Part shown: piece by piece, positions 1 to 11,084 of the stretch
Numbering within the stretch: the stretch's first letter is position 1
Layout: the number at the start of each line of letters is the position of its first letter
Source: a virus
Taxonomy: Duplodnaviria > Heunggongvirae > Uroviricota > Caudoviricetes
DNA length: 43,002 nt
Direction: 5' to 3' (one strand)
Virus record (IMG/VR): IMGVR_UViG_2565956721_000005
Notes under the pieces: model-generated
Databases searched by the model: none
The model's input: only the letters and a program-made list of their open reading frames with translations
What the model was told of the DNA's origin: nothing
Translations under genes and position numbers: made by a program

Positions 1-147
1 TCAATAAATCCCATCATTGCGATCAACCTCATCCTTAACCATTGATGCGAGCAGTTCTTCCAGTTTCTGCGCTGATAGCTTTACCTGGTGATCTTCAGCA
101 TCTTCCCGGGCTATTGTGGTTCGCGCAGTGGCTGATTTTGCTGACAT
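1..147 (-). CDS. small hypothetical ORF (about 48 aa from ATG at 147); no convincing RBS
   Basis: Minus-strand ORF ending at window edge; ATG at 145-147; GC-normal; no recognisable family. Confidence 0.2.
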   Translation of the reverse strand: MSAKSATARTTIAREDAEDHQVKLSAQKLEELLASMVKDEVDRNDGIY

Positions 148-235
148 CACCACAGGGGGCAGACGGACCATTGAACCATGGCCTCCGGAACAAATAAGGG
201 CAAAAATAACAACCACTATCGAAAGCTCACAAACT

Positions 236-460
236 AACCGCAGCACGTTCCTGCATACGACGTGTCTGCGGCATAATCCCAATGATTACTCCCTGACAGG
301 ATTTGCAGGCCACTCAATATCAGGTGCAGTTGATGTATCAACACGATTCAACAATACCCGATATTTATTCCATGCCTCCAGCAACGATCTTTCTTCCTCC
401 GTTGCGATTTCCAGATCTACAGCATCCTGCAGTGGCGCAATATACTCACTGAATTCCTGG
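236..460. repeat. direct repeat copy 1 (tfa 3' end plus downstream hairpin), paralogous to 1286-1510
   Basis: Near-identical run ccgcagcacgttc...ggcataatcccaatgattactccctgacagg and following coding sequence seen at both loci. Confidence 0.8.
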
Positions 461-555
461 ATGTAGAACTGTGTGGTGACGGTCTTCCAGCCATTCGGCT
501 CCTGCTGTATCGAAGCATACCAGGCTATTTCAATATCGCTATGCTGCGGCAGCAT
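286..555 (-). pseudogene. tail fibre assembly protein paralog/remnant (C-terminal about 50 aa near-identical to Tfa at 1335-1919, divergent N-terminus)
   Basis: 89-aa ORF; C-terminus ...[51 protein letters not shown] matches the Tfa C-terminus. Confidence 0.55.
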
Positions 556-614
556 TTAACCCCTTGTAATTCATCGCCATAATTGATTTAATTCACAAAT
601 AAAACTATAACATA

Positions 615-1280
615 GTGAAACTAATGAAAAAAAACACAGATGATGGGGCTAAAATTTACACACCACTTACCCTAAAGCTTTATGACTGGTGGGTTTTGGG
701 AGTATCAAATCGGCTTGCATGGGGATGTCCTACAAAGGAACACCTTCTTCCACACTTTCTGGAACATTTAGGTAACAACCATCTGGATATTGGTGTTGGA
801 ACTGGGTTTTACCTTACTCACGTACCTGAGAGTAGTCTGATATCTTTAATGGATTTGAACGAAGCTAGCCTGAACGCGGCATCGACAAGGGCTGGGGAAT
901 CAAAAATTAAACATAAAATTAGCCATGATGTTTTTGATCCTTATCCCGCGGCGTTACATGGTCAATTTGATTCCATTTCCATGTTTTACCTTCTTCACTG
1001 CCTGCCTGGAAATATATCTACAAAAAGCTGTGTAATACGCAATGCGGCGCAGGCCTTAACTGACGATGGAACTCTATACGGAGCCACAATTCTTGGTGAC
1101 GGCGTTGTGCACAATAGCTTCGGTCAAAAACTGATGCGCATTTACAATCAGAAAGGCATCTTTTCAAACACAAAAGATTCCGAAGAAGGCTTAACACATA
1201 TACTCTCAGAGCATTTCGAGAATGTTAAAACCAAGGTTCAAGGTACTGTAGTAATGTTTTCCGCTTCAGGGAAAAAATAG
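615..1280 (+). CDS. class I SAM-dependent methyltransferase (moron inserted between tfa copies, opposite strand to tail genes)
   Basis: 221-aa ORF with motif I LDIGVGTGFY; AT-rich relative to flanks; flanked by direct repeats. Confidence 0.6.
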   Translation: MKLMKKNTDDGAKIYTPLTLKLYDWWVLGVSNRLAWGCPTKEHLLPHFLEHLGNNHLDIGVGTGFYLTHVPESSLISLMDLNEASLNAASTRAGESKIKHKISHDVFDPYPAALHGQFDSISMFYLLHCLPGNISTKSCVIRNAAQALTDDGTLYGATILGDGVVHNSFGQKLMRIYNQKGIFSNTKDSEEGLTHILSEHFENVKTKVQGTVVMFSASGKK

Positions 1281-1285
1281 CATCC

Positions 1286-1510
1286 AACCGCAGCACGTTC
1301 TTGCTTAAGACGTGCTGCGGCATAATCCCAATGATTACTCCCTGACAGGGTTCGTAGGCCACTCAATATCAGGTGCAGTTGATGTATCAACACGGTTCAG
1401 CAACACCCGATACTTTTTCCAGGCTTCCAGCAATGAGGTTTCTTCCTCCGTTGCAATTTCCAGATCTGCAGCATCCTGAAGCGGCGCAATATGCTCACTG
1501 GCTACCTGCA
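1286..1510. repeat. direct repeat copy 2 (tfa 3' end plus hairpin ccgcagcacgt...acgtgctgcgg)
   Basis: Sequence identity with 236-460; perfect inverted repeat at 1288-1320. Confidence 0.8.
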
Positions 1511-1919
1511 TCAGGTTGTTTTTTGTTTCTTCCGCCTCCCGGATCCGGAACATTTTTTCTGCTTCCGTATCCTTCACCCAGGCTGTGCCGTTCCACTTCT
1601 GAAACTCCCCTTCCGGCGATAACCAGGTAACATTTTCCGGTAACGGACCGAGTTCAGAAATAAATAACTCGTCCCCTGACGCTACGTCATAAACCGTTTT
1701 ACCCCGATGGTCTTCAACGAGATGCCACGATGCCTCATCACTGTTGAAAACAGCCACAAAGCCAGCAGGAATATCTGGTGGTGCAATATCGGTACTGTTT
1801 GCTGGCAGACCTGTATGAGGCGGAATATATGCGTCACCTTCACCAATAAATTCATTAGTGCCGGCCAGCAGATTATAAATTTTTATGGTCCGTGCTTGTT
1901 CACTCATTCTGAATGCCAT
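1335..1919 (-). CDS. tfa: tail fibre assembly protein Tfa
   Basis: 194 aa, [24 protein letters not shown]... near-identical to recalled lambda Tfa; ATG overlaps stf stop (TAATG). Confidence 0.9.
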   Translation of the reverse strand: MAFRMSEQARTIKIYNLLAGTNEFIGEGDAYIPPHTGLPANSTDIAPPDIPAGFVAVFNSDEASWHLVEDHRGKTVYDVASGDELFISELGPLPENVTWLSPEGEFQKWNGTAWVKDTEAEKMFRIREAEETKNNLMQVASEHIAPLQDAADLEIATEEETSLLEAWKKYRVLLNRVDTSTAPDIEWPTNPVRE

Positions 1920-4894
1920 TATGCAAGCCTCACAATATAGTTAAATGCGATGTTTTTGACGGTGTTTTCCGCGTTACCAGCAGCGTTAACGGTGATGGTG
2001 TGTCCATGTGAACCAATCGCAACGGAGTGCGTATGCGCACCAATACCTACAGTATGTGCATGTGCGCCAGAACTTGCTGCAGTACCAGACAGCGAGTGGG
2101 TATGAGCACCTGCTGACTGTGTCTGAATACGTTGATAATACGATCTACGGGAAGAAGTCCCCGGGCTTACTTGATACTGTGAATCCTGGACATAAGTGAA
2201 CCCACCGCCATCATAAAATGCTAACGCAGAACCGCCGCCTCCTGGCCAACGAATACCATTACCATGAGTATGATCACCGGCAGACCCCGTAGAGCCACTC
2301 AGACTGTGCGTATGCGCCCCGGTGTTATTCGTGGATTTGGTTCCGTAATCAAACGACGATGTGTTTTTCGTCCCCAAATCCGTACTGGATGCGCTGGCGC
2401 TGTGGGTGTGCGATTTAATGCCGTCCTGTTCCTGAGACAATACGGCACGACCACTGGCGGGTTTGCCCTTAATCGTCCAGCCACGCATATCAGGGATCAC
2501 GCCTGACGGATAAGCGGCTGCAAGTTTCGGGTATGCAGATTTGTCAAAAGTCTGCCCCTGCATCAGGGCATAGCCAGACGGAACGGTATCTGATGGCCAC
2601 GGGATTGGTGCGCCAGGCGGATAAAACTGCTCTGATGGCGTATAGAGTGAATAAACTGTACCGTCCGTTAACCCTTCCGGCTTATTAGCAGAATATGCTG
2701 GTGACGTATGAATCGTCACGCTGGCATTACTGGTATAATCCCATTGAATATTTACACCAGTCGCATAATTTCCGATTGCAACGTAAATATCGTAAGTATC
2801 ACCAGATGTATTGACCCAGGCAAAATTTGTAAACCCTGTCGATGTGCGCTGCCATAAAGCACCAGTAATCCCCTTCGGATTACCATTACCTGCACGCAAA
2901 ACAAGTTCAGATATACCTGCCTGTTGAGGTGACCCCACGTTAAATCCCGCACCACCAATCAACGTAATTGAAACAACAGAACTCGCCTGTGGCATGGTTA
3001 CCGTTGCTAATTTGAACCAACCAGCACCACCGCTGAATGACATTGTTGTTGAGTTAAGCGTACCAATATCTTTCGGCGTCAGTGTTATATCCGCTGAAAG
3101 CGCCTTACCATTCACCTTACGGGCAGAAGGTACCCGACCATTCGCATTATTATTAGCTGCTTTCACTGCTTTCGGTGTCGCGGCAAGCGTTTCAGATGCG
3201 CTGTTGGTTGCACTACTGAGCTGGACAATTCCTTTTTGTGCTGTCGTAGCGTCCTGAGCAGTATATTTCCCGTTAGCAAGGTCATAGGCTGCCTTTACCG
3301 ACTTTGGCGTTGCCGCCAGCATTTCAGATGTGCTGTTGGTCGCGTTGCTAAGCTGAACTATCCCTTTCTGTGCTGTCGTTGCATCCTGTGCGGTGTATTT
3401 CCCGTTAGCCAGCTCATACGCGGCCTTAACGGCTTTTGGCGTTGCCGCCAGTGACTCGGAAGTGCTGTTAGTCGCACTGCTGAGCTGTACTATCCCCTTT
3501 TTCGTCGTGCTCGCATCCTCAAGCGCCACGGCGGATGCAATATCCTCTGCCCGTTTTGCCGCTGTCTCAGCGCGCGTTGCCGCGGATTCCGCCGTACTTT
3601 TGCTCTGAGCTGCCGCCGTCGCACTGCCAGCTGCCTCTGTCGCCTTCGTGGATGCCGTCGTGGCGCTGCCCTTTGCTGCTGACGCCTGTCTGGTCGCCTC
3701 ATCTTTTGAAGCAGACGCAGATGATGCCGATGACGCCGCCGAACTGGCGGACGATGCGGCAGCCGTTTTTGAGGATTCTGCGCTGGTTTCCGACGCTTTC
3801 GCGTTCGTCTTGGATGTCTTCGCTGCGGAAGCAGACCTCGCTGCTGCGCTGGCCTGTACAGCGGCTTCGCCAGCCTTCGTTGTGGCTGTTGAAGCAGACG
3901 ATGCAGCACTTTCTGCCGATTTTCCGGCGGCGGTGGCACTGGCTGAGGCCTGCCCGGCACTTGTTGACGCGGCACTGGCAGATAATGCAGCCGCTGTTTT
4001 TGAGTCTGCCGCAGCTGAGGCGCTCTGTCCCGCTGCCGTTTCAGAAGACCTGGCGTTCGTCTCGGACGTTTTTGCCGCCTTCGCAGAATTTGCTGCCGCC
4101 GTTGCCGAGGAAGCTGCGCTGCTGGCGCTCGAGGCTGCGTTCGTTTCTGATGATTTTGCCGCCTCTTTTGAAGCCGACGCATCCCGTGCTGAAGTGGCTG
4201 CTTCTGACGCTTTCGTGGTCGCGGTGGATGCAGAAGTGGCTGCTGATTGTTGTGACGCTGCGGCATTCGTTTCTGACGTTTTCGCGGCACTGGCGCTGGT
4301 AGCTGCCGCGCTTTTTGATGACTCTGCAGCAGCAGCACTTTTTGCTGCTTCACGGGCCTTTGTCGATGCCGCTCCTGCGCTGGAAGACGCTGACTGAGCC
4401 GACGACGCGGCCTGTCCGGCTGACGTGCTGGCGGCACGTGCTGAGGCTGCAGCATCGGTTGCATGAGTTGCCGCCTCGCTGGCTGATGCACTGGCATCGC
4501 TGGCTGATTTTTTCGCGGCTGCCGTATTCTGTGCAACCGCGGAGGCGTTACGTGACACCTCTTCCACCATCTGCTCAAAGCGGCGCAGTGCCTCCGGTCG
4601 GACATCATCCTCCGTCATGGCACCGAGAAAATCATTCAGCGTACCTGGTCTGGAACCTTCATAGACGGTAATGGTCCCGGCATGTGAAGGCGGAAAACCT
4701 TCAACCAGCAGGGTGACGCTGTACTGACCATGCTCAACATCCATGCTGTAACGCCCGGCTTCATCCGGATTTTCAGAGGCCACCGTGTTCACCACCACCG
4801 TGCTGCTGGTCCGTCTGGCCTTCAGCACAATGGTGCAGTTCTGTACTGGTTTTCCTGTGCCATCTTTAAGCACGCCAGAAATTTTTACTGTCAT
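1919..4894 (-). CDS. stf: side tail fibre protein Stf
   Basis: 991 aa; N-terminus [20 protein letters not shown]..., Ala/Ser-rich central repeats and C-terminus ...[31 protein letters not shown] match recalled lambda Stf. Confidence 0.9.
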   Translation of the reverse strand: MTVKISGVLKDGTGKPVQNCTIVLKARRTSSTVVVNTVASENPDEAGRYSMDVEHGQYSVTLLVEGFPPSHAGTITVYEGSRPGTLNDFLGAMTEDDVRPEALRRFEQMVEEVSRNASAVAQNTAAAKKSASDASASASEAATHATDAAASARAASTSAGQAASSAQSASSSAGAASTKAREAAKSAAAAESSKSAAATSASAAKTSETNAAASQQSAATSASTATTKASEAATSARDASASKEAAKSSETNAASSASSAASSATAAANSAKAAKTSETNARSSETAAGQSASAAADSKTAAALSASAASTSAGQASASATAAGKSAESAASSASTATTKAGEAAVQASAAARSASAAKTSKTNAKASETSAESSKTAAASSASSAASSASSASASKDEATRQASAAKGSATTASTKATEAAGSATAAAQSKSTAESAATRAETAAKRAEDIASAVALEDASTTKKGIVQLSSATNSTSESLAATPKAVKAAYELANGKYTAQDATTAQKGIVQLSNATNSTSEMLAATPKSVKAAYDLANGKYTAQDATTAQKGIVQLSSATNSASETLAATPKAVKAANNNANGRVPSARKVNGKALSADITLTPKDIGTLNSTTMSFSGGAGWFKLATVTMPQASSVVSITLIGGAGFNVGSPQQAGISELVLRAGNGNPKGITGALWQRTSTGFTNFAWVNTSGDTYDIYVAIGNYATGVNIQWDYTSNASVTIHTSPAYSANKPEGLTDGTVYSLYTPSEQFYPPGAPIPWPSDTVPSGYALMQGQTFDKSAYPKLAAAYPSGVIPDMRGWTIKGKPASGRAVLSQEQDGIKSHTHSASASSTDLGTKNTSSFDYGTKSTNNTGAHTHSLSGSTGSAGDHTHGNGIRWPGGGGSALAFYDGGGFTYVQDSQYQVSPGTSSRRSYYQRIQTQSAGAHTHSLSGTAASSGAHAHTVGIGAHTHSVAIGSHGHTITVNAAGNAENTVKNIAFNYIVRLA

Positions 4895-4896
4895 AC

Positions 4897-4928
4897 TTTT
4901 CCACCAATAAAAAAAGCCCGCAGCAGTG
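4897..4928 (-). terminator. intrinsic terminator downstream of lom
   Basis: Minus-strand hairpin CCCGTGGCGTCACTGCTGCGGG followed by T7. Confidence 0.6.
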
Positions 4929-5045
4929 ACGCCACGGGCTTCAGGACAGTGTAACTTTACGTTTCCTCAAACGCAGTTCACCCCATAAGGCGGATGAACC
5001 TGCGTATCATAACAATATTTACAGAAGATAAATCGGCGTCTGTTG

Positions 5046-5645
5046 TCAGAAACGGTATCCGATACCAACAATAAATGCATCCGTTCGCCAGTCGCCACTA
5101 CCGGAACCTTCATAAGCAAGGTCAATGGTCACGGATTCGGTCGGGTTAAACTGCACGCCAGCCCCCCACGCCAGAGACGTGTTGCTGTGGCGACCGTCAT
5201 CACTTCCGGTCAGCACATCGTGCGTTTTCCCCTTGTTGTCAGTTACGCGGAGATAATCCCCGGAGAAAGTCGACACACGGCTGTAAGCCACACCCGCCAT
5301 CGAATACGCGCTGAACCATTCATTCACGCGTACAGACGGCCCCGCCATCACGCTGAACCAGCGGTTACGCACGGAATCTTCATGCCAGCGGGTATCGCTG
5401 TAGTGCGTTTTTTGCTCATCCTCAGCATTGGCATAACTGAAGGACGTAATCAGCCCCAGCGCGTCCGTAAACTCATAACGGTATTTCACGTTAATCCCGT
5501 TCAGATTATCGCTGCCGGGAGCGTTCGTACGGGCATGAAGATACCCCGCGCTCAGTGTGGACTGATGTTCAGACGCCCATGCAGGCGCACCGGATACGGA
5601 CAGACAGATGGCTGCGGACAAAATGACTGCACAAACTTTACGCAT
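5046..5645 (-). CDS. lom: outer membrane protein Lom (Ail/Lom family)
   Basis: 199 aa with signal peptide; near-identical to recalled lambda Lom (…GINVKYRYEFTD…GSGSGDWRTD…). Confidence 0.9.
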   Translation of the reverse strand: MRKVCAVILSAAICLSVSGAPAWASEHQSTLSAGYLHARTNAPGSDNLNGINVKYRYEFTDALGLITSFSYANAEDEQKTHYSDTRWHEDSVRNRWFSVMAGPSVRVNEWFSAYSMAGVAYSRVSTFSGDYLRVTDNKGKTHDVLTGSDDGRHSNTSLAWGAGVQFNPTESVTIDLAYEGSGSGDWRTDAFIVGIGYRF

Positions 5646-5665
5646 AATTACCTCTCGCTTTTCTG

Positions 5666-5693
5666 CAATAAAAAAGGCGCCATTTCTGGCGCC
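5666..5693 (-). terminator. intrinsic terminator between J and lom
   Basis: Minus-strand hairpin GGCGCC-AGAAAT-GGCGCC followed by TTTTTTATT. Confidence 0.6.
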
Positions 5694-5712
5694 CGTATAT
5701 GGGTTATAAAAT

Positions 5713-7524
5713 TCAGCTGATACTGATGCCTGCGGTGGCTTTCTTCATCACCACAACCAGCAAATCGCTGATACTTGCTGTGGGATACCAGTTATTCACC
5801 AGCCATGCTGACACCGAAAACTCCAGCGTCATGTGGCCGCGACCAGCTGGCATATCAATAACACCACTGTAAATCAGCGTATTATCCAGCGCGGTACGGT
5901 TATAAATTTCAGCACCGTTTTTCCGTACTATCAGGCGGCATGACGAATAAATATCGTTATTCTCCCGCTCATGTTTAGCGCCGCTGAATGCCACCGCCGG
6001 AATAACAATCTGCCGGTCAAACGGCTGATCGTCATAAACCCTGACGGTGATGGTCCCTGATGGCCACCGTTCCGGTGCACGGGAGTCCCGGGGGAAAGCT
6101 TTGCCCACTGTTTTAACGAGATCGCCTTCAATCTGGTTGGCGGACAATTTTCCCAGAACCCGACAGTTCTCGTTAATCGTGACGTTGTTGAGCGTCCCGG
6201 AGTTCGCATTCACGTTACCGCTGATATCGGCATTTTTCGCCGTCAGCCGCCCGTCCGGTGTCAGGGAAAATGCCGGAGGATTACCGCCGCTGGTAATGGT
6301 CGGAGCCGTCAGGCGTTTCAGGAACACGTCGTTCATGAATATCTGATCGCCCTGACCAACAAACATCGGCTTTGTGTTGCCATTCGCAGGATTAATCATC
6401 GCAATCCGGTCAGCAGCCAGAAGCACCTGACTCTGCATACCTGCTGGCGTATTCTCAATACCGGCTCCGATACCCGCAATATAAAGGCGTCCGTCCTTCA
6501 TCTGCTGCAGTTTCACGGCCCACATGCTGTTCAGGTTATTATTTGTATCAACCTGAACTTTCTGTATCTGCTGGATTGCCGCACTCTGGTCTTCCAGTTT
6601 TTTATTGACGGTCTGCGTGATTTCATTGCTGACATTCGTAATGGACGTCCTGATTTCAGCCAGGTCCGGCGCAAGCTGACCGTTATCAATCTGCGTCCAC
6701 AACTCCTGGGCCAGATGTGTTTTCCCGATTTCTCCTTTGAAAAAATCCAGGTAACCTTCCGCATCATCGCTCGCCCGACCGACAGCCTCCACGAATGCCG
6801 ATTTGCCAACGGTGTTCACACTGCGAACGTAAAAATAATAATCATGGCCCGGTTTGATATTGATACTGGCGGCTATCCAGTACAGCGCCGTACCAAGATA
6901 GCGGGCTGTGGTTTCAACCTGCCTGATATCGGTAATCCGCTTTTCCGAGAACCAGAACTCAAACTGTACCGTCGGGTCATAAACAGCAAGATGCGGCGTG
7001 GCGGTTATCTGAAAATAGCCCGGCGTCAGCTCAATCCTCGACGGTGCTGCCGGTGCGGCAATCCGGAACGATACCGACGCCGGATCGCCCTGCTGCCCCC
7101 GGGCATTTACCGCCCGGACTGTCAGCCTGTAGTTCCCCAGCGCCAGTTGCGTGAAGCGGTATGTGGTTTCCGTCGTCCGGGCCGTGCTGACCAGTCGCTC
7201 ACTGCCGTCGTCCGCTGTTACGGTCAGACGGAGCAGGAAGCTCACGCCCTTCACCACCTTCGGTGTGTCCCATCGCGCCAGCACCTGATATTCCCCGCTG
7301 TCTGCAGTGACTTCGGCGGTCAGGTGCTGCACTGCTGGCGGCGTGACACCATTCACCGTGCCGCTCTGGTCACCGTCAAAGTGCGCCCCGTTATCCACGA
7401 TGGCTTCTTTCTCCGGTACATGCTGCACGGCGGTGATGGCATACGTGCCGTCATCGTTCTCACGGATACTCACGCAGCGGAACAGGCGCTGGCGCAGGTT
7501 TGTTAATGGAAAGGAAGCCGCCAA
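5713..7524 (-). pseudogene. J: host specificity protein J, C-terminal about 600 aa only (5' half deleted)
   Basis: Frame matches lambda J from ...[28 protein letters not shown]... to the C-terminus; no native start; fused to the 3' end of L. Confidence 0.85.
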
Positions 7525-8185
7525 AGTTGCCGACGTTATTGCGAAACTTACAGCCGCTCAGGCATTTGCTGCATTTATCCTTCGTGATATCGGACGTCGG
7601 CTGGTCATATTCATCCGCGACTGCCGGACCGTGATAACCGCACTCATCACCGCGATAGGTCCAGGTGCAGGTGTTGGCCAGCATGATACGCCCCGGAAAA
7701 ACAGCGCCATCCGTTTCCGTCGGCGTGGACAGTACAAAGGAGGCACTCACCGCGCTCAGTTCGCTGCACTGCTCGATGCGCCAGCGGCTGATCACCTCCT
7801 GCTCCGGATCGGCGTCTCTGTTTCCGTTGACGAAGTTCACCGCATCCAGAAAACGGGCGTAAACCTTACGCCGGACCACCGTTCCGCCGACCAGACTCTG
7901 CATATCTTCCACCATACCGGTGACCATGCCGTACAGGTTAGAGACTGCCAGCGTGGGCCGCGTACTGGTGCCTTTGCCATTCAGTTCAAAACCGCTCCCC
8001 TGAATGGGATACGCCTGATACTGCCTCCCCTGCCAGGTGACCGGCTCACCTTTTTCGTTCTGCTCATTACAGAAAAAATAACGTTCTCCACCGACCTCTG
8101 TCAGATCGATTTCCCAGAGCACCACGCTGGCCGACTGCTCCGCACGGGTGCATTCATTCAGTGTTTCCTGCCGGATATCCTGCAT
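7460..8185 (-). CDS. L: tail tip assembly protein L with altered C-terminus (reads 12 codons into J-derived DNA)
   Basis: [38 protein letters not shown]... matches lambda L up to ...GGFLSINK, then diverges at the deletion junction. Confidence 0.85.
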   Translation of the reverse strand: MQDIRQETLNECTRAEQSASVVLWEIDLTEVGGERYFFCNEQNEKGEPVTWQGRQYQAYPIQGSGFELNGKGTSTRPTLAVSNLYGMVTGMVEDMQSLVGGTVVRRKVYARFLDAVNFVNGNRDADPEQEVISRWRIEQCSELSAVSASFVLSTPTETDGAVFPGRIMLANTCTWTYRGDECGYHGPAVADEYDQPTSDITKDKCSKCLSGCKFRNNVGNFGGFLSINKPAPAPVPLREYP

Positions 8186-8514
8186 CAGTTCACCACCTGT
8201 TTAAACTCTGCGCTGAACCCAACACGCAACATACTGACCTGCGACGACCATTTTGCGCAGGTCACCTTTATCTGCCTGTAACCATAAGGCGGCGTCCACA
8301 GAAAGGCCTTCCAGCCCCCGTGCTCAGCCAGAAACGACTCCAGCGCCGTGGCCTCCTCACGGGAGACAGACAGCGTCACGCTGTACGTTTTCAGGTCAGC
8401 GTTCAGCCCGGCAGGCGCACGCTGGGAATAGCCATCACCAAAGCGCACCTCCCTGACGGAAGGAGCCGATGTCACATCCATCCCGGGTTTCACTTTCCAG
8501 CGGAAGGTTTTCAT
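8185..8514 (-). CDS. M: tail protein M
   Basis: 109 aa MKTFRWKVKPGMDV... matches lambda M; ATGA overlap with L. Confidence 0.9.
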   Translation of the reverse strand: MKTFRWKVKPGMDVTSAPSVREVRFGDGYSQRAPAGLNADLKTYSVTLSVSREEATALESFLAEHGGWKAFLWTPPYGYRQIKVTCAKWSSQVSMLRVGFSAEFKQVVN

Positions 8515-11084
8515 CGTCCACCTCCGGAGAACAGTCCACCATCACGCATCTGTGTCTGAATTTCATCACGGGCACCCTTGCGGGCCATGTCATACACCGC
8601 CTTCAGAGCAGCCGGACCTATCTGCCCGTTCGTGCCGTCGTTGTTAATCACCACATGGTTATTCTGCTCAAACGTCCCGGACGCCTGCGACCGGCTGTCA
8701 GCCAGACTGCCCGGTGTACCGACATAACCACCGGTGGCATAGCCGCGCATCAGCCGATAGAGATTCCCCACGCCAATCCGGCTGGTTGCCTCCTTTGTGA
8801 AGACAAATTCACCACGGTGAACAATCCCCGCTGGCTCATATTTGCCGCCGGTTCCCGTAAATCCTCCGGTTGCAAAATGGAATTTCGCCGCAGCGGCCTG
8901 AATGGCTGTACCGCCTGACGCGGATGCGCCGCCACCAACAGCCCCGCCAATGGCGCTGCCGATACTCCCGACAATCCCCACCATTGCCTGCTTAAGCAGA
9001 ATTTCTGTCATCATGGACAGCACGGAACGGGTGAATCCCCGCCAGTTCTGTTCGCTGCCGGTCAGCATCGCCGCCATATTCTGTGCAATACCGTCAAAGG
9101 TCTGCGTGGCCACACTTTTAACCTGCGAAAAACTGTCCGTCGCACTTTCCGCCCACTCTCCCCAGCCGGACTTCATCCCGGCCATCCAGCTTCCACGAAG
9201 CTGCTCCTCCGCAGACCAGGTGTTCTTCAGTGCCGATGTGGCCTTCGCCAGCGCAGCCGGATTATCACCGTACACCTCACGAAGGCGCTGCTCTTCCGAC
9301 TCCCGCTGCGCCTGACGGTCGGTGAGGCCGCGGGCTTTTGCGCTGATTGCCGCCTGCTTCGCGCTTTGCTGCTGTTCAAACCGCGCCGCCTGCTGTGCCA
9401 GCTCATTCAGCCGCTTCTGGTGTTCAATCTTGTCTCCCAGCTCAGCCAGCTGGCGTTTGTACTCCAGCGTCTCTTTCTCATGAGCCAGCAGGGATTTTTC
9501 CTGCTCAGATAACTGCCGTTTCGTGGCGGCCTCTTTCAGGACCACATACTGACTTTCCGCTTCCCATAAATCCCGGCGCTGCTGGCTGATTTTCTCATTC
9601 ACACCGCTGTGTTTTTCCAGCGTCCTGAGCTCGGTTTCAAGCGCCAGCAGGGCTGCATGCGCCCGGTCTTCCTGGCGCTCACCGGCAGACACCTTCACAC
9701 CTGACGGCTTTTTCAGCGTCGATTCATAATCCTTTTTTGCCGACGCCATCAGCGTGTTGTAATCCGCCTGCAGGATTTTTCCGTCTTTCAGGGCCTTATT
9801 CAGCTCTTTCTGACGGGCGGTATATTTATCCAGCGGCGTCTGCAGGCGCTCATACGCCTTCTGCGCCTCTCCGGTATACTTCAGCTGTGACGACTCACGC
9901 TCAGCCCTGTCCCTTGCCGCCAGTTCACCGGCTTTTTCCATATCCGACTGCAGCGTGGCCGCTGCCAGACCCAGACGGGCATTTTCCCGGTCATCCCATG
10001 CCCCCTGAAGGTTCGCACGAAAAGAGGAGGTCTTTCCCCGGCGCTGGCTCCGGCTCTGGTACCACTGCCATTTTTTATCCGCCTCATCAAATGCCTTCTG
10101 CGCACTGGCGAGCATATCCGCTGAGGATTCCGGACGACCGATATCCAGAATGGCATCCCACATCGATTTGAATGCCTTCCCTGTTTTATCCGCCCAGGTC
10201 TCCAGTGTTCCCATGTTTTCTTTCAGGCGACGGGTCTGCTCATCAAAGCCTTTCGTGGCGATATCGTTCGCCGCCTGCAATGCCCCGGCCTCGTCTCCGG
10301 AACGCTGCAGCTGTGCAACATACGCAATCTGCTCTGCCGTCACGTTACGGAACTGGCGCGCCATCGCCATCAGTCCCGACGTCGGGTCAGTGGTCAGCTT
10401 CCCGAAGGCTTCAGCGACTTTATCCACCTCCACACCGGATGCAGACGCAAAACGCGCGACACTCTGGTTGATGGCATCAAACTGTTCACCACCACGCACA
10501 CCGGCATTCACCAGGGCTGCCAGTGACTCTCTCGCCTGGTTAAACGTCAGCCCTGCTGCCTGCCCGGCTCTTGAGAGCGTCAGCATACGATCGGCAGTCA
10601 GTCCGGCCTGATTGCCGGAAAGGACCAGCGTTTTATTAAATTCTGAAAGCGTGGCGTCGCCCTGGTACCAGGCGTACGCCAGCGCACCTGTCGCCACCGC
10701 CAGCGAGGTGACCCCGACCATCGGCAGGGTGATCGCACCGGCAAGCCCCCTGAACATGGGGATCATCCCGCCGAAGGAGTCCTTCACCTGACCGCCCTGT
10801 TGCAGCAGGATCAACCAGGGATTCTGACCACCGGCAAGCTGCGTGGCGATATCCGTAAACTGTGCGGGCAGGGTTCGCATGGCCGCTTTATACTGCCCGA
10901 CGGAAATCCCGGCTTTTTGTGCAGCCAGCGCCTGGCGGCTCAGGCCCTGTTCAACAGCACTGGCGGTTTTTCTGGCGTCGGTATCCAGACCTGAAAAATG
11001 ACGCCTTACCCGGCTCATCTGCTCATCGAAACGGACAGCATCCAGACTCAGGTCAATAACAAGATCACCAACCGGCTGGGACAT
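8511..11084 (-). CDS. H: tail tape measure protein H
   Basis: 857 aa; N- and C-termini match recalled lambda H (MxxPVGDLVIDLSLDA... ...QMRDGGLFSGGGR). Confidence 0.9.
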   Translation of the reverse strand: MSQPVGDLVIDLSLDAVRFDEQMSRVRRHFSGLDTDARKTASAVEQGLSRQALAAQKAGISVGQYKAAMRTLPAQFTDIATQLAGGQNPWLILLQQGGQVKDSFGGMIPMFRGLAGAITLPMVGVTSLAVATGALAYAWYQGDATLSEFNKTLVLSGNQAGLTADRMLTLSRAGQAAGLTFNQARESLAALVNAGVRGGEQFDAINQSVARFASASGVEVDKVAEAFGKLTTDPTSGLMAMARQFRNVTAEQIAYVAQLQRSGDEAGALQAANDIATKGFDEQTRRLKENMGTLETWADKTGKAFKSMWDAILDIGRPESSADMLASAQKAFDEADKKWQWYQSRSQRRGKTSSFRANLQGAWDDRENARLGLAAATLQSDMEKAGELAARDRAERESSQLKYTGEAQKAYERLQTPLDKYTARQKELNKALKDGKILQADYNTLMASAKKDYESTLKKPSGVKVSAGERQEDRAHAALLALETELRTLEKHSGVNEKISQQRRDLWEAESQYVVLKEAATKRQLSEQEKSLLAHEKETLEYKRQLAELGDKIEHQKRLNELAQQAARFEQQQSAKQAAISAKARGLTDRQAQRESEEQRLREVYGDNPAALAKATSALKNTWSAEEQLRGSWMAGMKSGWGEWAESATDSFSQVKSVATQTFDGIAQNMAAMLTGSEQNWRGFTRSVLSMMTEILLKQAMVGIVGSIGSAIGGAVGGGASASGGTAIQAAAAKFHFATGGFTGTGGKYEPAGIVHRGEFVFTKEATSRIGVGNLYRLMRGYATGGYVGTPGSLADSRSQASGTFEQNNHVVINNDGTNGQIGPAALKAVYDMARKGARDEIQTQMRDGGLFSGGGR

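Noticed and set aside
116-466. 116-aa plus-strand ORF at the left edge
   Set aside because: Overlaps the tfa remnant on the opposite strand; no RBS; likely spurious.
3490-4608. 372-aa minus-strand ORF rich in Arg/Gln/Pro, and plus-strand ORFs 3535-4302 and 3648-4397
   Set aside because: All lie inside the Stf coding region in alternative frames; the GC-rich Ala/Ser-codon repeats keep several frames open by chance. The Stf frame matches lambda Stf.
7307-8281. 324-aa plus-strand ORF
   Set aside because: Antisense to L and M, which are confidently identified; no RBS and an odd composition.
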